This document shows, in pieces, positions 55,896-64,000 of a stretch of 64,000 nt of DNA (position 1 is its first letter; every line of letters starts with the position of its first letter). Position numbers and translations under genes: made by a program. This DNA is from an uncultured Planctomycetales bacterium. GTDB taxonomy: Bacteria; Omnitrophota; Gorgyraeia; Zapsychrales; JANLHA01. Under the pieces are notes generated by a model. It made no database searches. It was not told where the DNA came from and was given only the letters and a program-made list of their open reading frames with translations. Where the stretch lies: positions 66,867-130,866 of the forward strand of contig CAZAXH010000006.1 of assembly GCA_964489065.1 (NCBI GenBank), read 5' to 3'.

Positions 55896-56927
55896 TTATA
55901 TTAAAGAAATCTCTTCTTCAAAATCACACATGATATTCATGTTTTGCACGGCCTGGCCCGCTGCGCCTTTGATCAGATTGTCAATCGCGCTGGTGATGAT
56001 GAGGGTGTCCTTCTTTTGGTTCATAGCCAGGCTGATATCGCAGAAATTTGTTCCGCGGACATGCTGGGTTTCCGCTTGGGTTTCTAAGGGGAGAACCCGG
56101 ATAAAAGGTTCGGTTTTATAAAAACGCTGATAGAGAGCATGAATTTCAGTTAAAGAAATTTCCGCCGTTAACTTCACGTAGATGGTTTCCAGAATGCCGC
56201 GGTCGATGGGCAGTAAATGCGGCACGAATGTGATATTCATGGTCTTGCCGGCGATTTTAGACAGAAACTGTTCAATTTCCGGCGTATGCTGATGCCGGGT
56301 GACTTTGTAAGCCCGGAAATTCTCATGAATTTCTTTAAACATCATGGCCGGACTTAATTTTTTCCCGGCCCCACTGACGCCGGATTTCGCGTCGATGATG
56401 ATGTGTTCTATGCGGTCGGTATGAATAGCCGCCATCGGGGCCAGGCTTAATATGGCCGCCGTCGGATAGCATCCGGGGTTGGACACGAGGTCTGCATCTC
56501 TGATGGTGACCCGGAACAGTTCCGGAAGGCCATAGACGGCTTTCTTTAAATTGAGTTTGTCTTTATGCGCGGTTCCATACCAGGCCTTGTACTCCGCGGC
56601 CGAGTTCAGGCGGTAATCTCCGCTTAAATCAATAACGCGGATGCCGGCTTTTAACAACGGCGGGACAAGGGTGAAGGCCACGGTGTGGGGGACAGCCAGA
56701 AAAATCAGGTCGCAATTTTCCGCCGCTTCATCATAATCATATTTATGGCAATAGAGCTTGGTCCGCTGCCGGAAATGAGGCCAGAGATCGGCCACTTTCC
56801 CTTCCGTATTGTTTGCCGAAACGTATGTGATCCGGACAAAAGAGTGCTTCAGCAGGATTTCAAGAACAGAGCATCCGGAATACCCGCTGACCCCCACAAT
56901 TCCTGCCCGTATCATATGGTTTTCCAT
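55896..56927 (-). CDS. argC: N-acetyl-gamma-glutamyl-phosphate reductase
   Basis: AGIVGVSGYSG NAD(P) motif, catalytic Cys (SNPGCYPT). Confidence 0.9.
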   Translation of the reverse strand: MENHMIRAGIVGVSGYSGCSVLEILLKHSFVRITYVSANNTEGKVADLWPHFRQRTKLYCHKYDYDEAAENCDLIFLAVPHTVAFTLVPPLLKAGIRVIDLSGDYRLNSAAEYKAWYGTAHKDKLNLKKAVYGLPELFRVTIRDADLVSNPGCYPTAAILSLAPMAAIHTDRIEHIIIDAKSGVSGAGKKLSPAMMFKEIHENFRAYKVTRHQHTPEIEQFLSKIAGKTMNITFVPHLLPIDRGILETIYVKLTAEISLTEIHALYQRFYKTEPFIRVLPLETQAETQHVRGTNFCDISLAMNQKKDTLIITSAIDNLIKGAAGQAVQNMNIMCDFEEEISLI

Positions 56928-56990
56928 TGATTCCTCTCCTTCAGAAAAATGATAATATATTGGAGAATAATGGCTTATATTAAAATAAAA

Positions 56991-57029
56991 AACCTATCTC
57001 GTCAACTCTTTTCTCGAGGGAGATAGGTT
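56991..57029. terminator. Bidirectional intrinsic terminator downstream of rpsI
   Basis: AACCTATCTCG ... CGAGGGAGATAGGTT stem flanked by an A-tract on the plus side before it and TTTTTT after it. The U-tract is present on both strands. Confidence 0.6.
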
Positions 57030-57054
57030 TTTTGGGCACATCTTTTTGATGAAA

Positions 57055-57450
57055 TTAACGCTTAACCCATTGGAACTTTTTCCTTGCCCCCTTCTGTCCG
57101 GGTTTCTTTCTTTCCTTCATCCTGGGGTCGCGTCTCAAGCAGTCGGCTTTCTTTAAAATACTTTTATTTTCCTGATCGAATTTAACCAAGGCGCGGGATA
57201 AGCCGAGGCGGAAAGCCCCTGCTTGGCCGGTCGTCCCGCCACCCACAATTTTGGCTGCGATATCGAATTTCTTCAGCGTGTTGGTCAATTTAAGAGGTCC
57301 AATAACCATCAAGCGGTCTGTTTCCCGCTTAAAGTAAGTGCTGAATTCTTTATCATTGACTTGAATAGCTCCCTGTCCAGGGGAAAGTTCAACACGGGCA
57401 ACAGAACTTTTGCGCCTTCCCGTCGCGCCGTATTTCACTAACTCGACCAT
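57055..57450 (-). CDS. rpsI: 30S ribosomal protein S9
   Basis: GGGTTGQAGAFRLGLSRAL and C-terminal KKFQWVKR. Confidence 0.95.
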   Translation of the reverse strand: MVELVKYGATGRRKSSVARVELSPGQGAIQVNDKEFSTYFKRETDRLMVIGPLKLTNTLKKFDIAAKIVGGGTTGQAGAFRLGLSRALVKFDQENKSILKKADCLRRDPRMKERKKPGQKGARKKFQWVKR

Positions 57451-57467
57451 AGATCATTCCTCCGCTG

Positions 57468-57899
57468 TTAAATCTCGATTGATATCGGTTTCTGTGCCTG
57501 GTGACAATGCTTATCACCGGCGTAAATGCGTAAATGGGTCCGGACTTTGTTGCCCAGCGCGCCTTTGGGGATCATCCTGTTGATGGCCAGACGCAAAACC
57601 TGGGTCGGTTTTTTTTGCAACATTTTTTCCAGTGTAACACTTTTTTGTCCCGAAGGATATCCAGAATAGCGCTGATAGACTTTCTGGGCCGCTTTCTTGC
57701 CGGTAAATTTAACCTTGTCCGCATTGATGACCACGACAAAATCACCTGTGTCAAGGTGCGGGGTAAAAATTGTTTTGTGTTTTCCCCGCAAGAGGATAGC
57801 CGCTTTGGTCGCCACCCGTCCGAGGATTTTATCCTTGGCATCGATCACATAGCACTTTTTTTGTAACTGTTCCGTCTTCGGAAAAAATGTTTTATTCAT
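57468..57899 (-). CDS. rplM: 50S ribosomal protein L13
   Basis: Start taken at MNKTFFPK (ATG at 57899..57897). L13 signature VIDAKDKILGRVAT. Confidence 0.95.
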   Translation of the reverse strand: MNKTFFPKTEQLQKKCYVIDAKDKILGRVATKAAILLRGKHKTIFTPHLDTGDFVVVINADKVKFTGKKAAQKVYQRYSGYPSGQKSVTLEKMLQKKPTQVLRLAINRMIPKGALGNKVRTHLRIYAGDKHCHQAQKPISIEI

Positions 57900-57937
57900 A
57901 ATGTCACTCCAGAGGCCTTCCAAGATTTAGAAAATAA

Positions 57938-57965
57938 AGTATATCACTTTATTATCTGTTGTCAA
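57938..57965 (-). promoter_or_regulatory. Putative sigma70 promoter for rplM-rpsI (TTGACA-16 nt-TATACT)
   Basis: Minus-strand TTGACA at 57965..57960, a 16-nt spacer, TATACT at 57943..57938. About 40 nt upstream of the rplM start. Confidence 0.35.
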
Positions 57966-57977
57966 TAAATTCTTTTT

Positions 57978-58739
57978 TTAATCATAATTCACCCGGACCA
58001 GGGTTAACCCCTGCGGAGGGGCAGTTTGACCGGCGAAATTGCGGTCGGCCCGTTTCAGCAGGGTTTTTATGCCACCCTCTTCAAAGCGCCCGCTTCCGAT
58101 TTCCACCAGAGTCCCAACGATATTACGGACCATTTTATAAAGGAACCCGTCCGCTTCAAAATCGCAGGTGATCATGCCTCCTGCCTTTTTTAGACTCACC
58201 TGGTACATGGTGCGGCGGGTGTCGTAGGCATGGGGCCCACGATCCCGCGCGGGATCTGAAGCCATGAATGAGCGGAAATCATGTCGGCCCAATAGCTCCT
58301 CCCCGGCCGCTTTCATGGATTTAAGATGCAGGGGATACGGGTAATGCCAGACGCGTTTTCGTTCCAGCGCCGGCCGGACAGGCCGGTTAAAAATCCGGTA
58401 ACGGTACAGTTTGCTTTTTGCTCCGTATTGAGCGTGGAAGCTGTCCGGAACGTCCTGTGCATCTATAATGGAAATATCCCGGGGGAGGTTTCCGTTTAAC
58501 GCCCTTAGAATCTCCGGAGCCGGCATGTGGCAATTGGTCTTAAAGTGGGCCACCTGCCCCTCGGCGTGTACTCCGGCGTCCGTCCTGCCGGCTCCCCGCA
58601 CAGGGATATGTTTGTTAAAAATTCGTGTCAGGGCTTTTTCCATCTCCCCTTGCACGGTCCGGCTGGCATGGTTTTTTTGCACCTGCCAACCGTTCAACTC
58701 GGTTCCATCATATTCGATCGTGAGTTTGACCGTTCTCAT
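57978..58739 (-). CDS. truA: tRNA pseudouridine(38-40) synthase
   Basis: TIEYDGT..GWQ, catalytic Asp (RTDAGVHA). Confidence 0.9.
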   Translation of the reverse strand: MRTVKLTIEYDGTELNGWQVQKNHASRTVQGEMEKALTRIFNKHIPVRGAGRTDAGVHAEGQVAHFKTNCHMPAPEILRALNGNLPRDISIIDAQDVPDSFHAQYGAKSKLYRYRIFNRPVRPALERKRVWHYPYPLHLKSMKAAGEELLGRHDFRSFMASDPARDRGPHAYDTRRTMYQVSLKKAGGMITCDFEADGFLYKMVRNIVGTLVEIGSGRFEEGGIKTLLKRADRNFAGQTAPPQGLTLVRVNYD

Positions 58740-58770
58740 GACACGCTTCGCGCCAGCCCCGGCTTTGGGG

Positions 58771-59766
58771 TCACGTTTTCGTTTTAATCAATTCTTCAGC
58801 GATTTGAATGGCGTTCAGGGCCGCTCCTTTGCGCAGATTGTCCGAGATAATCCACAGATTGAGCCCGAACTGCACGGTGTCGTCCTCCCGGATTCGGCCG
58901 ACAAACGTGTCATCCTTCCCTTCCGCTATCAACGGCACGGGATAGATGTTGTTGGGCAGGTCATCCATAACCTGGACGCCGGGGGCCTTTTTCAGCAATT
59001 CAATGGCTTTCTCCCGGGTGATCTTCTTCTCGGTCTCGATGTTGACTGATTCCGAATGCGCCCGGACGACAGGCACGCGCACGCAGGTTGCGGTGACCTT
59101 GATCGTGGCATCCCCCATAATTTTTTTCGTTTCCAGAGACATTTTCATCTCTTCTTTGGTATAGAGTTTATCCTGGGGGATATCAATATGGGGAATAAGG
59201 TTGTGGAATATCTGGTAGGGGAACTTTTGAATGACCATTTTCCCCTGTTCCTGGCTTTCCAGTTCCGTCATGGCTTCAGACCCCGCCCCGGAGACGGCCT
59301 GGTATGTGGACACGACAATCCTTTTAATGCGCGCGAAATCGTGCAGGGGTTTCAGGGCCACCACCATCTGGATCGTGGAGCAGTTGGGGTTGGCGATAAT
59401 GCCGTGATGTTTGAAAATGTCCTGGGGGTTCACTTCCGGGACGACTAAAGGCACATCAGGATCCATGCGGAACTGGCTGGTATTGTCGATAACGACGGCG
59501 CCGGCCTTGACCGCGGACGGGGCATAGTCTTTGCTGACCGCCGCCCCCGGTGAAAATAACCCAATTTCAATTCCTTTAAAAGCGTCGTGTGTAAGTTCCG
59601 TTGCCTTGATTTTGCGGCCCATAAAGTCATATTCCGGGCATTCCGCCGGATGAAACGACATCACGCGCAGTTCATTGACAGGAAACTGGCGCTGTTCCAG
59701 AATTTTGAGCATTTCCTGCCCCACGGCCCCCCGGATTCCCACAATTGCGACATTATATTTTTTCAT
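58771..59766 (-). CDS. asd: Aspartate-semialdehyde dehydrogenase
   Basis: VAIVGIRGAVGQ NADP motif, catalytic Cys (NPNCSTI), 331 aa. Confidence 0.9.
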   Translation of the reverse strand: MKKYNVAIVGIRGAVGQEMLKILEQRQFPVNELRVMSFHPAECPEYDFMGRKIKATELTHDAFKGIEIGLFSPGAAVSKDYAPSAVKAGAVVIDNTSQFRMDPDVPLVVPEVNPQDIFKHHGIIANPNCSTIQMVVALKPLHDFARIKRIVVSTYQAVSGAGSEAMTELESQEQGKMVIQKFPYQIFHNLIPHIDIPQDKLYTKEEMKMSLETKKIMGDATIKVTATCVRVPVVRAHSESVNIETEKKITREKAIELLKKAPGVQVMDDLPNNIYPVPLIAEGKDDTFVGRIREDDTVQFGLNLWIISDNLRKGAALNAIQIAEELIKTKT

Positions 59767-59794
59767 GCCCCAGGTCCTTTTTTATCATTGAGTG

Positions 59795-60850
59795 TTAAAG
59801 ATGTTTGACCACAATATCCCCGACTTCGGAGGTGGAATACCCCATTTTCCCCGCAGCGAGGTCTTTGAGTTTGGTTTTGACGACCGTGATGACGGCGTCT
59901 TCAATCATGCGCGCGGCTTTTTCTTCCTTAAGCTCCTTCAGCAGCATTGCAGCCGCGCAGATAGCTGCCAGCGGGTTGATGATGTTCTTCCCCGTGTATT
60001 TAGGCGCCGACCCGCCGATGGGCTCAAACATGGAAACCCCTTTCGGATTAATGTTGCCGCCGGCAGCGATCCCCATGCCGCCCTGGATCATGGCTCCCAA
60101 GTCGGTGATGATGTCCCCAAACATGTTATCCGTCACGATCACGTCAAACCATTCCGGGTTTTTGATGAACCACATGGTCGTGGCGTCAACGTGCGCGTAA
60201 TCCGTCTGGATGTCTGGATAGTCCCGAGCCACATCATAAAATGTCCTCTCCCAGAGGTCAAAGGCGTAGGTTAACACGTTTGTTTTGCCGCAGAGCGTGA
60301 GCCGTTTCTTTTTGCCGTGTTGTCGCGTATATTCAAAGGCGTAGCGGATACAGCGCTCTACTCCTTTGCGCGAATTGTGAGAAATCTGTATGGCTATTTC
60401 ATCCGCGGTATCTTTTTTTTCAAAAGACCCCAAGCCTTTATAGAGCCCTTCGGAATTCTCCCGGACGACAACAAAATCAATGTCTTCGGGTTTTTTGTTT
60501 TTTATAGGGCAAAACCGGTCGTCATACAGTTGGACCGGCCGCAGGTTGATATACTGGTCCAGGTCAAAGCGCAGTCTCAGGAGAATCCCTTTCTCGAGAA
60601 TGCCTGGTTTAACGTCCGGATGCCCGATGGCCCCCAGATAAATTGCGTTAAAAGTCTTTAATTCCGCGACCGCGGAATCCGGCAGCACTTCCCTCGTGCG
60701 CAGGTAGCGCGCCCCGCCAAAGTCGTAATGAACGGTTTCAAATTTGAACTCACACACCTGAGCCGCCGCGTTAAGAACTTTTAACCCTTCTGCCACGACT
60801 TCAGGGCCGGTTCCGTCTCCTGGAATGACAGCAATTTTGTATGTTTTCAT
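59795..60850 (-). CDS. 3-isopropylmalate / tartrate dehydrogenase family (beta-decarboxylating dehydrogenase, LeuB-like)
   Basis: MKTYKIAVIPGDGTGPEV, GAIGHPDV, DQYINLRP, NMFGDIITD. This subfamily is closest to TtuC/LeuB-like enzymes. No leuCD adjacent. Confidence 0.65.
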   Translation of the reverse strand: MKTYKIAVIPGDGTGPEVVAEGLKVLNAAAQVCEFKFETVHYDFGGARYLRTREVLPDSAVAELKTFNAIYLGAIGHPDVKPGILEKGILLRLRFDLDQYINLRPVQLYDDRFCPIKNKKPEDIDFVVVRENSEGLYKGLGSFEKKDTADEIAIQISHNSRKGVERCIRYAFEYTRQHGKKKRLTLCGKTNVLTYAFDLWERTFYDVARDYPDIQTDYAHVDATTMWFIKNPEWFDVIVTDNMFGDIITDLGAMIQGGMGIAAGGNINPKGVSMFEPIGGSAPKYTGKNIINPLAAICAAAMLLKELKEEKAARMIEDAVITVVKTKLKDLAAGKMGYSTSEVGDIVVKHL

Positions 60851-60880
60851 GGAACACCCTTCCTTTTATACAGCTTTTAC

Positions 60881-60982
60881 CTTGATCCTCCGGCTCGTTC
60901 GCTTTAGCTCTCTCGCTGAAGGATCAATTCGCATTTCTAGTTTACACTCCCTTTGGTCGTGTAAACTAAATGCTCATTGAAT
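60881..60982 (-). repeat. Copy A of the conserved ~105-nt structured intergenic element (see 310..413), in the 5' region of the leuB-like gene
   Basis: Minus-strand attcaatgagcatttagtttacacgaccaaagggagtgtaaac...gaattgatcc-N30-ggaggatcaagg. IR1 is GTTTACAC-N11-GTGTAAAC (plus-strand 60940-60947 and 60959-60966). IR2 is TTGATCCT-N30-AGGATCAA (60882-60889 and 60920-60927). Confidence 0.5.
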
Positions 60983-60995
60983 AAACAAGCCCACA

Positions 60996-61004
60996 TTATA
61001 TCAT
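60996..61004 (-). promoter_or_regulatory. Extended -10 promoter element (TGaTATAAT) just upstream of element copy A / leuB-like gene
   Basis: Minus-strand tgaTATAATgtgggc. The -35 is poor (tgttcc), so TG-dependence is likely. A transcript would start within about 10 nt of the element's 5' end. Confidence 0.35.
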
Positions 61005-61036
61005 AATTTTTTCACAGGGGAACAGAAATTTAGGGG

Positions 61037-62281
61037 CTAATCCAGAAATCTCCGGAGGATGAGCGAAGCATTATGTCCGCCAAAACCCAGGGAGTTGGAC
61101 ATGGCGACATCAACCGGGGTTTTCCTGGCGTGGTTCGGGACGTAATCCAAGTCACAGTCCGGGTCAGGGGTTTCATAATTGATTGTGGGAGGAATGATGT
61201 TATCTCTGATCGCAAGCACAGAGGCGGCGAATTCTATACCCCCCGCAGCTCCAAGCAGATGTCCTGTCATTGATTTTGTGGAAGAAACCGGGATTTTATA
61301 GGCATATTCGCCCAACGCTGTCTTAATCGCCAGGGTTTCCACTTTATCATTTAGCTTTGTGGATGTGCCGTGGGCGTTGATATAGGAAATATCCTGTGGG
61401 CTGACGCCGGCATCCTGCATGGCTAAGATCATGGATTTCGCGGCTCCGATTCCGCTCGGCTCAGGAGCCGTGACATGATAGGCGTCTGATGTCCGGCCGT
61501 ATCCAACGAGTTCCGCCAGGATCGGGGCTTTTCTGGCTTTGGCGTGTTCCAGGGTTTCCAAGAGTGCCACCCCCGCCCCTTCCGCCATAACAAAGCCGTC
61601 GCGATTTAAATCGAACGGACGGCTGGCCCCGGCCGGGTTATCATTATTTTTAGTCAGGGCTTTCACCGCGCAGAACCCGCCGACCCCCAGGATTGTTGTC
61701 GCGCTTTCGGTCCCTCCGGCTACCATAATATCCGCGTCGCCGTATTGAATCATGCGGAAAGCGTCCCCGATGGCGTTGGTGGCTGTGGCGCAGGCCGTGA
61801 CAATACAGGTCGCCGGCCCCCTGGCTCCGGTATCGATGGAAACCTGCCCGGCCGCTTCGTTAATGATAATGCGGGGGATAAAGAAAGGGGAAATCTTCGA
61901 CGGGCCGCGTTCAATGAATTTCTGATACTCCACTTCCATGGTCCTCATGCTGCCGATCCCGGAGCCGATGAGGATGCCCATCCTGTCTAAATCGATATTT
62001 TTTAGATCCAGGCGCGCCTGGGCGATGGCTTCGCGCGTTGAAACAACCGCGAATTGAGTAAAGCTGGCCAGGTGCCGGGATTCTTTTGAGGAAAAATAAT
62101 TGAGAGGGTCATAATCCGTTACTTTGCCACATATCCGACAGTCAAATTCCGAGGCGTCGAAATGCGTGATCGGGGCGATCCCGCTTTTGCCGTTTACCAG
62201 GGATTCCCAGAATTTATTAATTCCCGTCCCGACCGGGGACACGACTCCAAGCCCCGTTACAACAACTCTCCGTTTATTCAT
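61037..62281 (-). CDS. fabF: 3-oxoacyl-[acyl-carrier-protein] synthase II
   Basis: Cys-His-His triad contexts ([21 protein letters not shown]). 414 aa. Confidence 0.9.
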   Translation of the reverse strand: MNKRRVVVTGLGVVSPVGTGINKFWESLVNGKSGIAPITHFDASEFDCRICGKVTDYDPLNYFSSKESRHLASFTQFAVVSTREAIAQARLDLKNIDLDRMGILIGSGIGSMRTMEVEYQKFIERGPSKISPFFIPRIIINEAAGQVSIDTGARGPATCIVTACATATNAIGDAFRMIQYGDADIMVAGGTESATTILGVGGFCAVKALTKNNDNPAGASRPFDLNRDGFVMAEGAGVALLETLEHAKARKAPILAELVGYGRTSDAYHVTAPEPSGIGAAKSMILAMQDAGVSPQDISYINAHGTSTKLNDKVETLAIKTALGEYAYKIPVSSTKSMTGHLLGAAGGIEFAASVLAIRDNIIPPTINYETPDPDCDLDYVPNHARKTPVDVAMSNSLGFGGHNASLILRRFLD

Positions 62282-62320
62282 GACATTGTTCCAAATATTT
62301 TATGGATTTACACAGGCATT

Positions 62321-62360
62321 ATACTGGATTGCCCCGATAGCGGTCGGGGCAATCCAGTAT
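62321..62360. other. 17-bp perfect inverted repeat (hairpin) in the acpP-fabF intergenic region
   Basis: ATACTGGATTGCCCCGA-TAGCGG-TCGGGGCAATCCAGTAT. No adjacent U-tract on the minus strand. Confidence 0.5.
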
Positions 62361-62383
62361 TGAATTGAAATGATGAATTTTTC

Positions 62384-62623
62384 TTATTTTTTCGTGGATT
62401 TTTCTTCTATATACTTGATCGCATCGCCGACCGTTGTCATTTTTTCGGCATCTTCATCCGGGATTTCAACGCTGAATTCTTCTTCCAAGGCCATGATCAA
62501 CTCAACGGTATCCAGAGAATCGGCCCCCAAATCATCAATAAAAGACGCTTGAGGAGTGACTTCATCAACCTTGACGCCTAACTGTTCAGCAATGATCGAC
62601 CTTATTTTTTCTTCAACAGCCAT
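62384..62623 (-). CDS. acpP: Acyl carrier protein
   Basis: [20 protein letters not shown] with the phosphopantetheine Ser. 79 aa. Confidence 0.95.
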   Translation of the reverse strand: MAVEEKIRSIIAEQLGVKVDEVTPQASFIDDLGADSLDTVELIMALEEEFSVEIPDEDAEKMTTVGDAIKYIEEKSTKK

Positions 62624-62657
62624 GAATAACCTCCTTTTTAACCTAACTTAAATCTAG

Positions 62658-63398
62658 CTATATCGCCATCCCCCCATCGACCACGATGGTTTGTCCGGTG
62701 ATGTAGTCCGCATCACTGGATGCTAAAAATAAACACACTTGCGCTACATCATGAGGTGTTCCTAATTTTCCAAGGGGAATTTGTTTGTGGATTGCTTCGC
62801 GGGCTTTTTCACTCAGTTTTTCAGTCATTTCAGTCTGAATAAAGCCGGGAGCCACGGCGTTGGCCGTGATTCCTCTGGACGCTAACTCTCGGGCCACAGA
62901 TTTCGTAAGCCCAATGACACCGGCTTTGCTGGCAGCGTAATTGGCCTGCCCGGCATTTCCCATGATCCCGATAATAGAAGCGATGCTGATAATTTTCCCT
63001 TTTTTGGCTTTCAACATGGATTTGCTGACAACCTTTGTGCAGACGAAAGCCCCTTTAAGGTTGGTGTTAATGACCGCATCCCAGTCGGCGACGCTCATCC
63101 GAAGCAGCAGATTGTCCCGGGTAATGCCGGCATTGTTAACTAATATATCAATGCGGGTATATTTGTCAAGAATTTTGTTCACCATGTCATCGACATCATC
63201 GGAATTTGTGACGTCGCAGGAGAAACTGACGGCTTCATGCCCCAGCGATCGGAATTCCTCGGCTGTCGCGCCAGCGGCTGCCTTGTTAATGTCGGAAATG
63301 ACGACCTTGGCCCCCTCTTGAGCGAAGGTCAGGGCGATTTCTTTCCCTATGCCGCGGGCTGAGCCGGTAATTAATGCTATCTGTCCTTTTAATCGCAT
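62658..63398 (-). CDS. fabG: 3-oxoacyl-[acyl-carrier-protein] reductase
   Basis: SDR: TGSARGIG, NAG, YxxxK (YAASKAG). Confidence 0.9.
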   Translation of the reverse strand: MRLKGQIALITGSARGIGKEIALTFAQEGAKVVISDINKAAAGATAEEFRSLGHEAVSFSCDVTNSDDVDDMVNKILDKYTRIDILVNNAGITRDNLLLRMSVADWDAVINTNLKGAFVCTKVVSKSMLKAKKGKIISIASIIGIMGNAGQANYAASKAGVIGLTKSVARELASRGITANAVAPGFIQTEMTEKLSEKAREAIHKQIPLGKLGTPHDVAQVCLFLASSDADYITGQTIVVDGGMAI

Positions 63399-63584
63399 AA
63401 AATGAACTCCCCAAAATGACTATGTTTGAAAATAATCGCCTTCATCATAGCAATATTCGAAATGATTGCAAGAAAAAAAATAAAATTGTTGTGATAAAAG
63501 CGGGAAAAGATTTATATGGGGAAAGTTGGTGGGGAGAACGCTGATACTGGAGAAACAGGAGGCTAATATATAAAGGAAGGGAAT

Positions 63585-63995
63585 TTAGATGAATTCAAGG
63601 GCGACGTCAATGAGTCCGAGTTTCAGGTCGTCCAGTTCGGCGAATGCGCTTTTAGTCAGGTCTATCACGCGCCCTTTGCGGACGAAACGCTTGTGCGGCC
63701 CGCGGTCGTTGACCCGGACGATGATGGATTTTCCGTTGGCCAAGTTTGTGACTTTGATTCTTTGGTTGAACTTGACGCCCCAGATCGCGCAGGTGTAATT
63801 CCGGTCATCGAATATTTCGTTGTTTGCCGTGTGCTTGTTGATTCCAGGAGACTGTTTCGAATACCAGGAGGCCTGCCCAACGATATATTTTCGTCTGGGT
63901 GGAGGCCGCAGGGCTTCGTCAATCTTCGCGTCAGCCAAAGTCACCGTGAAAACCATCGTCAGGAATATCGTGATTATCTTTAGGGTTTCTCGCAT
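63585..63995 (-). CDS. rlpA: RlpA-like double-psi beta-barrel (DPBB) lipoprotein/septal lytic transglycosylase family protein
   Basis: Signal peptide, GQASWYS...VTNLANGKSIIVRVNDRGP...IDLTKSAFAEL matches RlpA/expansin-like DPBB. Confidence 0.6.
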   Translation of the reverse strand: MRETLKIITIFLTMVFTVTLADAKIDEALRPPPRRKYIVGQASWYSKQSPGINKHTANNEIFDDRNYTCAIWGVKFNQRIKVTNLANGKSIIVRVNDRGPHKRFVRKGRVIDLTKSAFAELDDLKLGLIDVALEFI

Positions 63996-64000
63996 AATGC

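Noticed and set aside
60851-60935. 22-codon ORF (MRIDPSARELKRTSRRIKVKAV) in the leuB-like leader as a possible attenuation leader peptide
   Set aside because: It has no run of Leu (or any regulatory amino-acid) codons, and is not conserved in the paralogous element copy B, where the frame stops after 5 codons.
62162-62368. 68-aa plus-strand ORF spanning the acpP-fabF intergenic hairpin
   Set aside because: The ORF is created by the palindrome. It has no RBS and is antisense to the local operon.
1-64000. CRISPR arrays, integrases/transposases, toxin-antitoxin or restriction-modification genes
   Set aside because: I found no regularly spaced direct repeats and no ORFs with recombinase, nuclease or methyltransferase signatures (other than rRNA methyltransferases).

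Overview
This 64 kb window is a bacterial chromosomal segment with no rRNA, no CRISPR array and no obvious mobile element. Coding strand bias is extreme: about 70 protein genes and the single tRNA lie on the minus strand, and only two genes (a PilZ-domain gene and a pseudo-receiver gene) are on the plus strand. Most of the content is tightly packed housekeeping. In order along the minus strand: the surA-pdxA-rsmA(ksgA) block in E. coli-like synteny, a short-form mfd, secDF, yajC, rpsP, a lone trpE/pabB-family gene, hisIFAHBD, alaS, htrA, recA, a TPR/GT39-like membrane glycosyltransferase, rsmE and tRNA-Ala(CGC). Further on come uvrA, nadX-like, panC and folK, then a contiguous lysine (DapL route: dapL-dapB-dapA-dapF-lysA) plus arginine (argHGFDBJC) supercluster, rpsI-rplM, truA, asd, a leuB-family dehydrogenase, fabF-acpP-fabG and an RlpA-like gene. 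The accessory-looking part is 22.9-36.1 kb. It holds a type II secretion / type IV pilus-like apparatus in T2SS-like gene order: a PilM-PilN fusion (GspL-like), PilO/GspM-like, PilP/GspC-like, secretin, an ATPase with an MshEN-type c-di-GMP motif, platform protein, a major pseudopilin followed by a terminator, and four minor pilin-like genes, two of which have Ala at -1. Directly upstream in the same orientation are a TolQ/ExbB-TolR/ExbD motor pair, a truncated TonB/TolA-like anchor, a small zinc-ribbon membrane protein and a PilX/GspK-like protein; a convergently transcribed aspartate-less receiver protein with a membrane anchor lies at the 3' end of the pilin block. The most unusual sequence-level observation is a ~105-nt non-coding element present twice, about 84% identical, at 310-413 (+) and 60881-60982 (-). 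Both copies carry the same two inverted repeats, with one compensatory change between them. Other points of note are a small lysine-rich protein with an internal tandem duplication, a perfect consensus sigma70 promoter 260 nt upstream of recA driving a structured leader, and several clean intrinsic terminators. I see no defense island, integrase or toxin-antitoxin signature.
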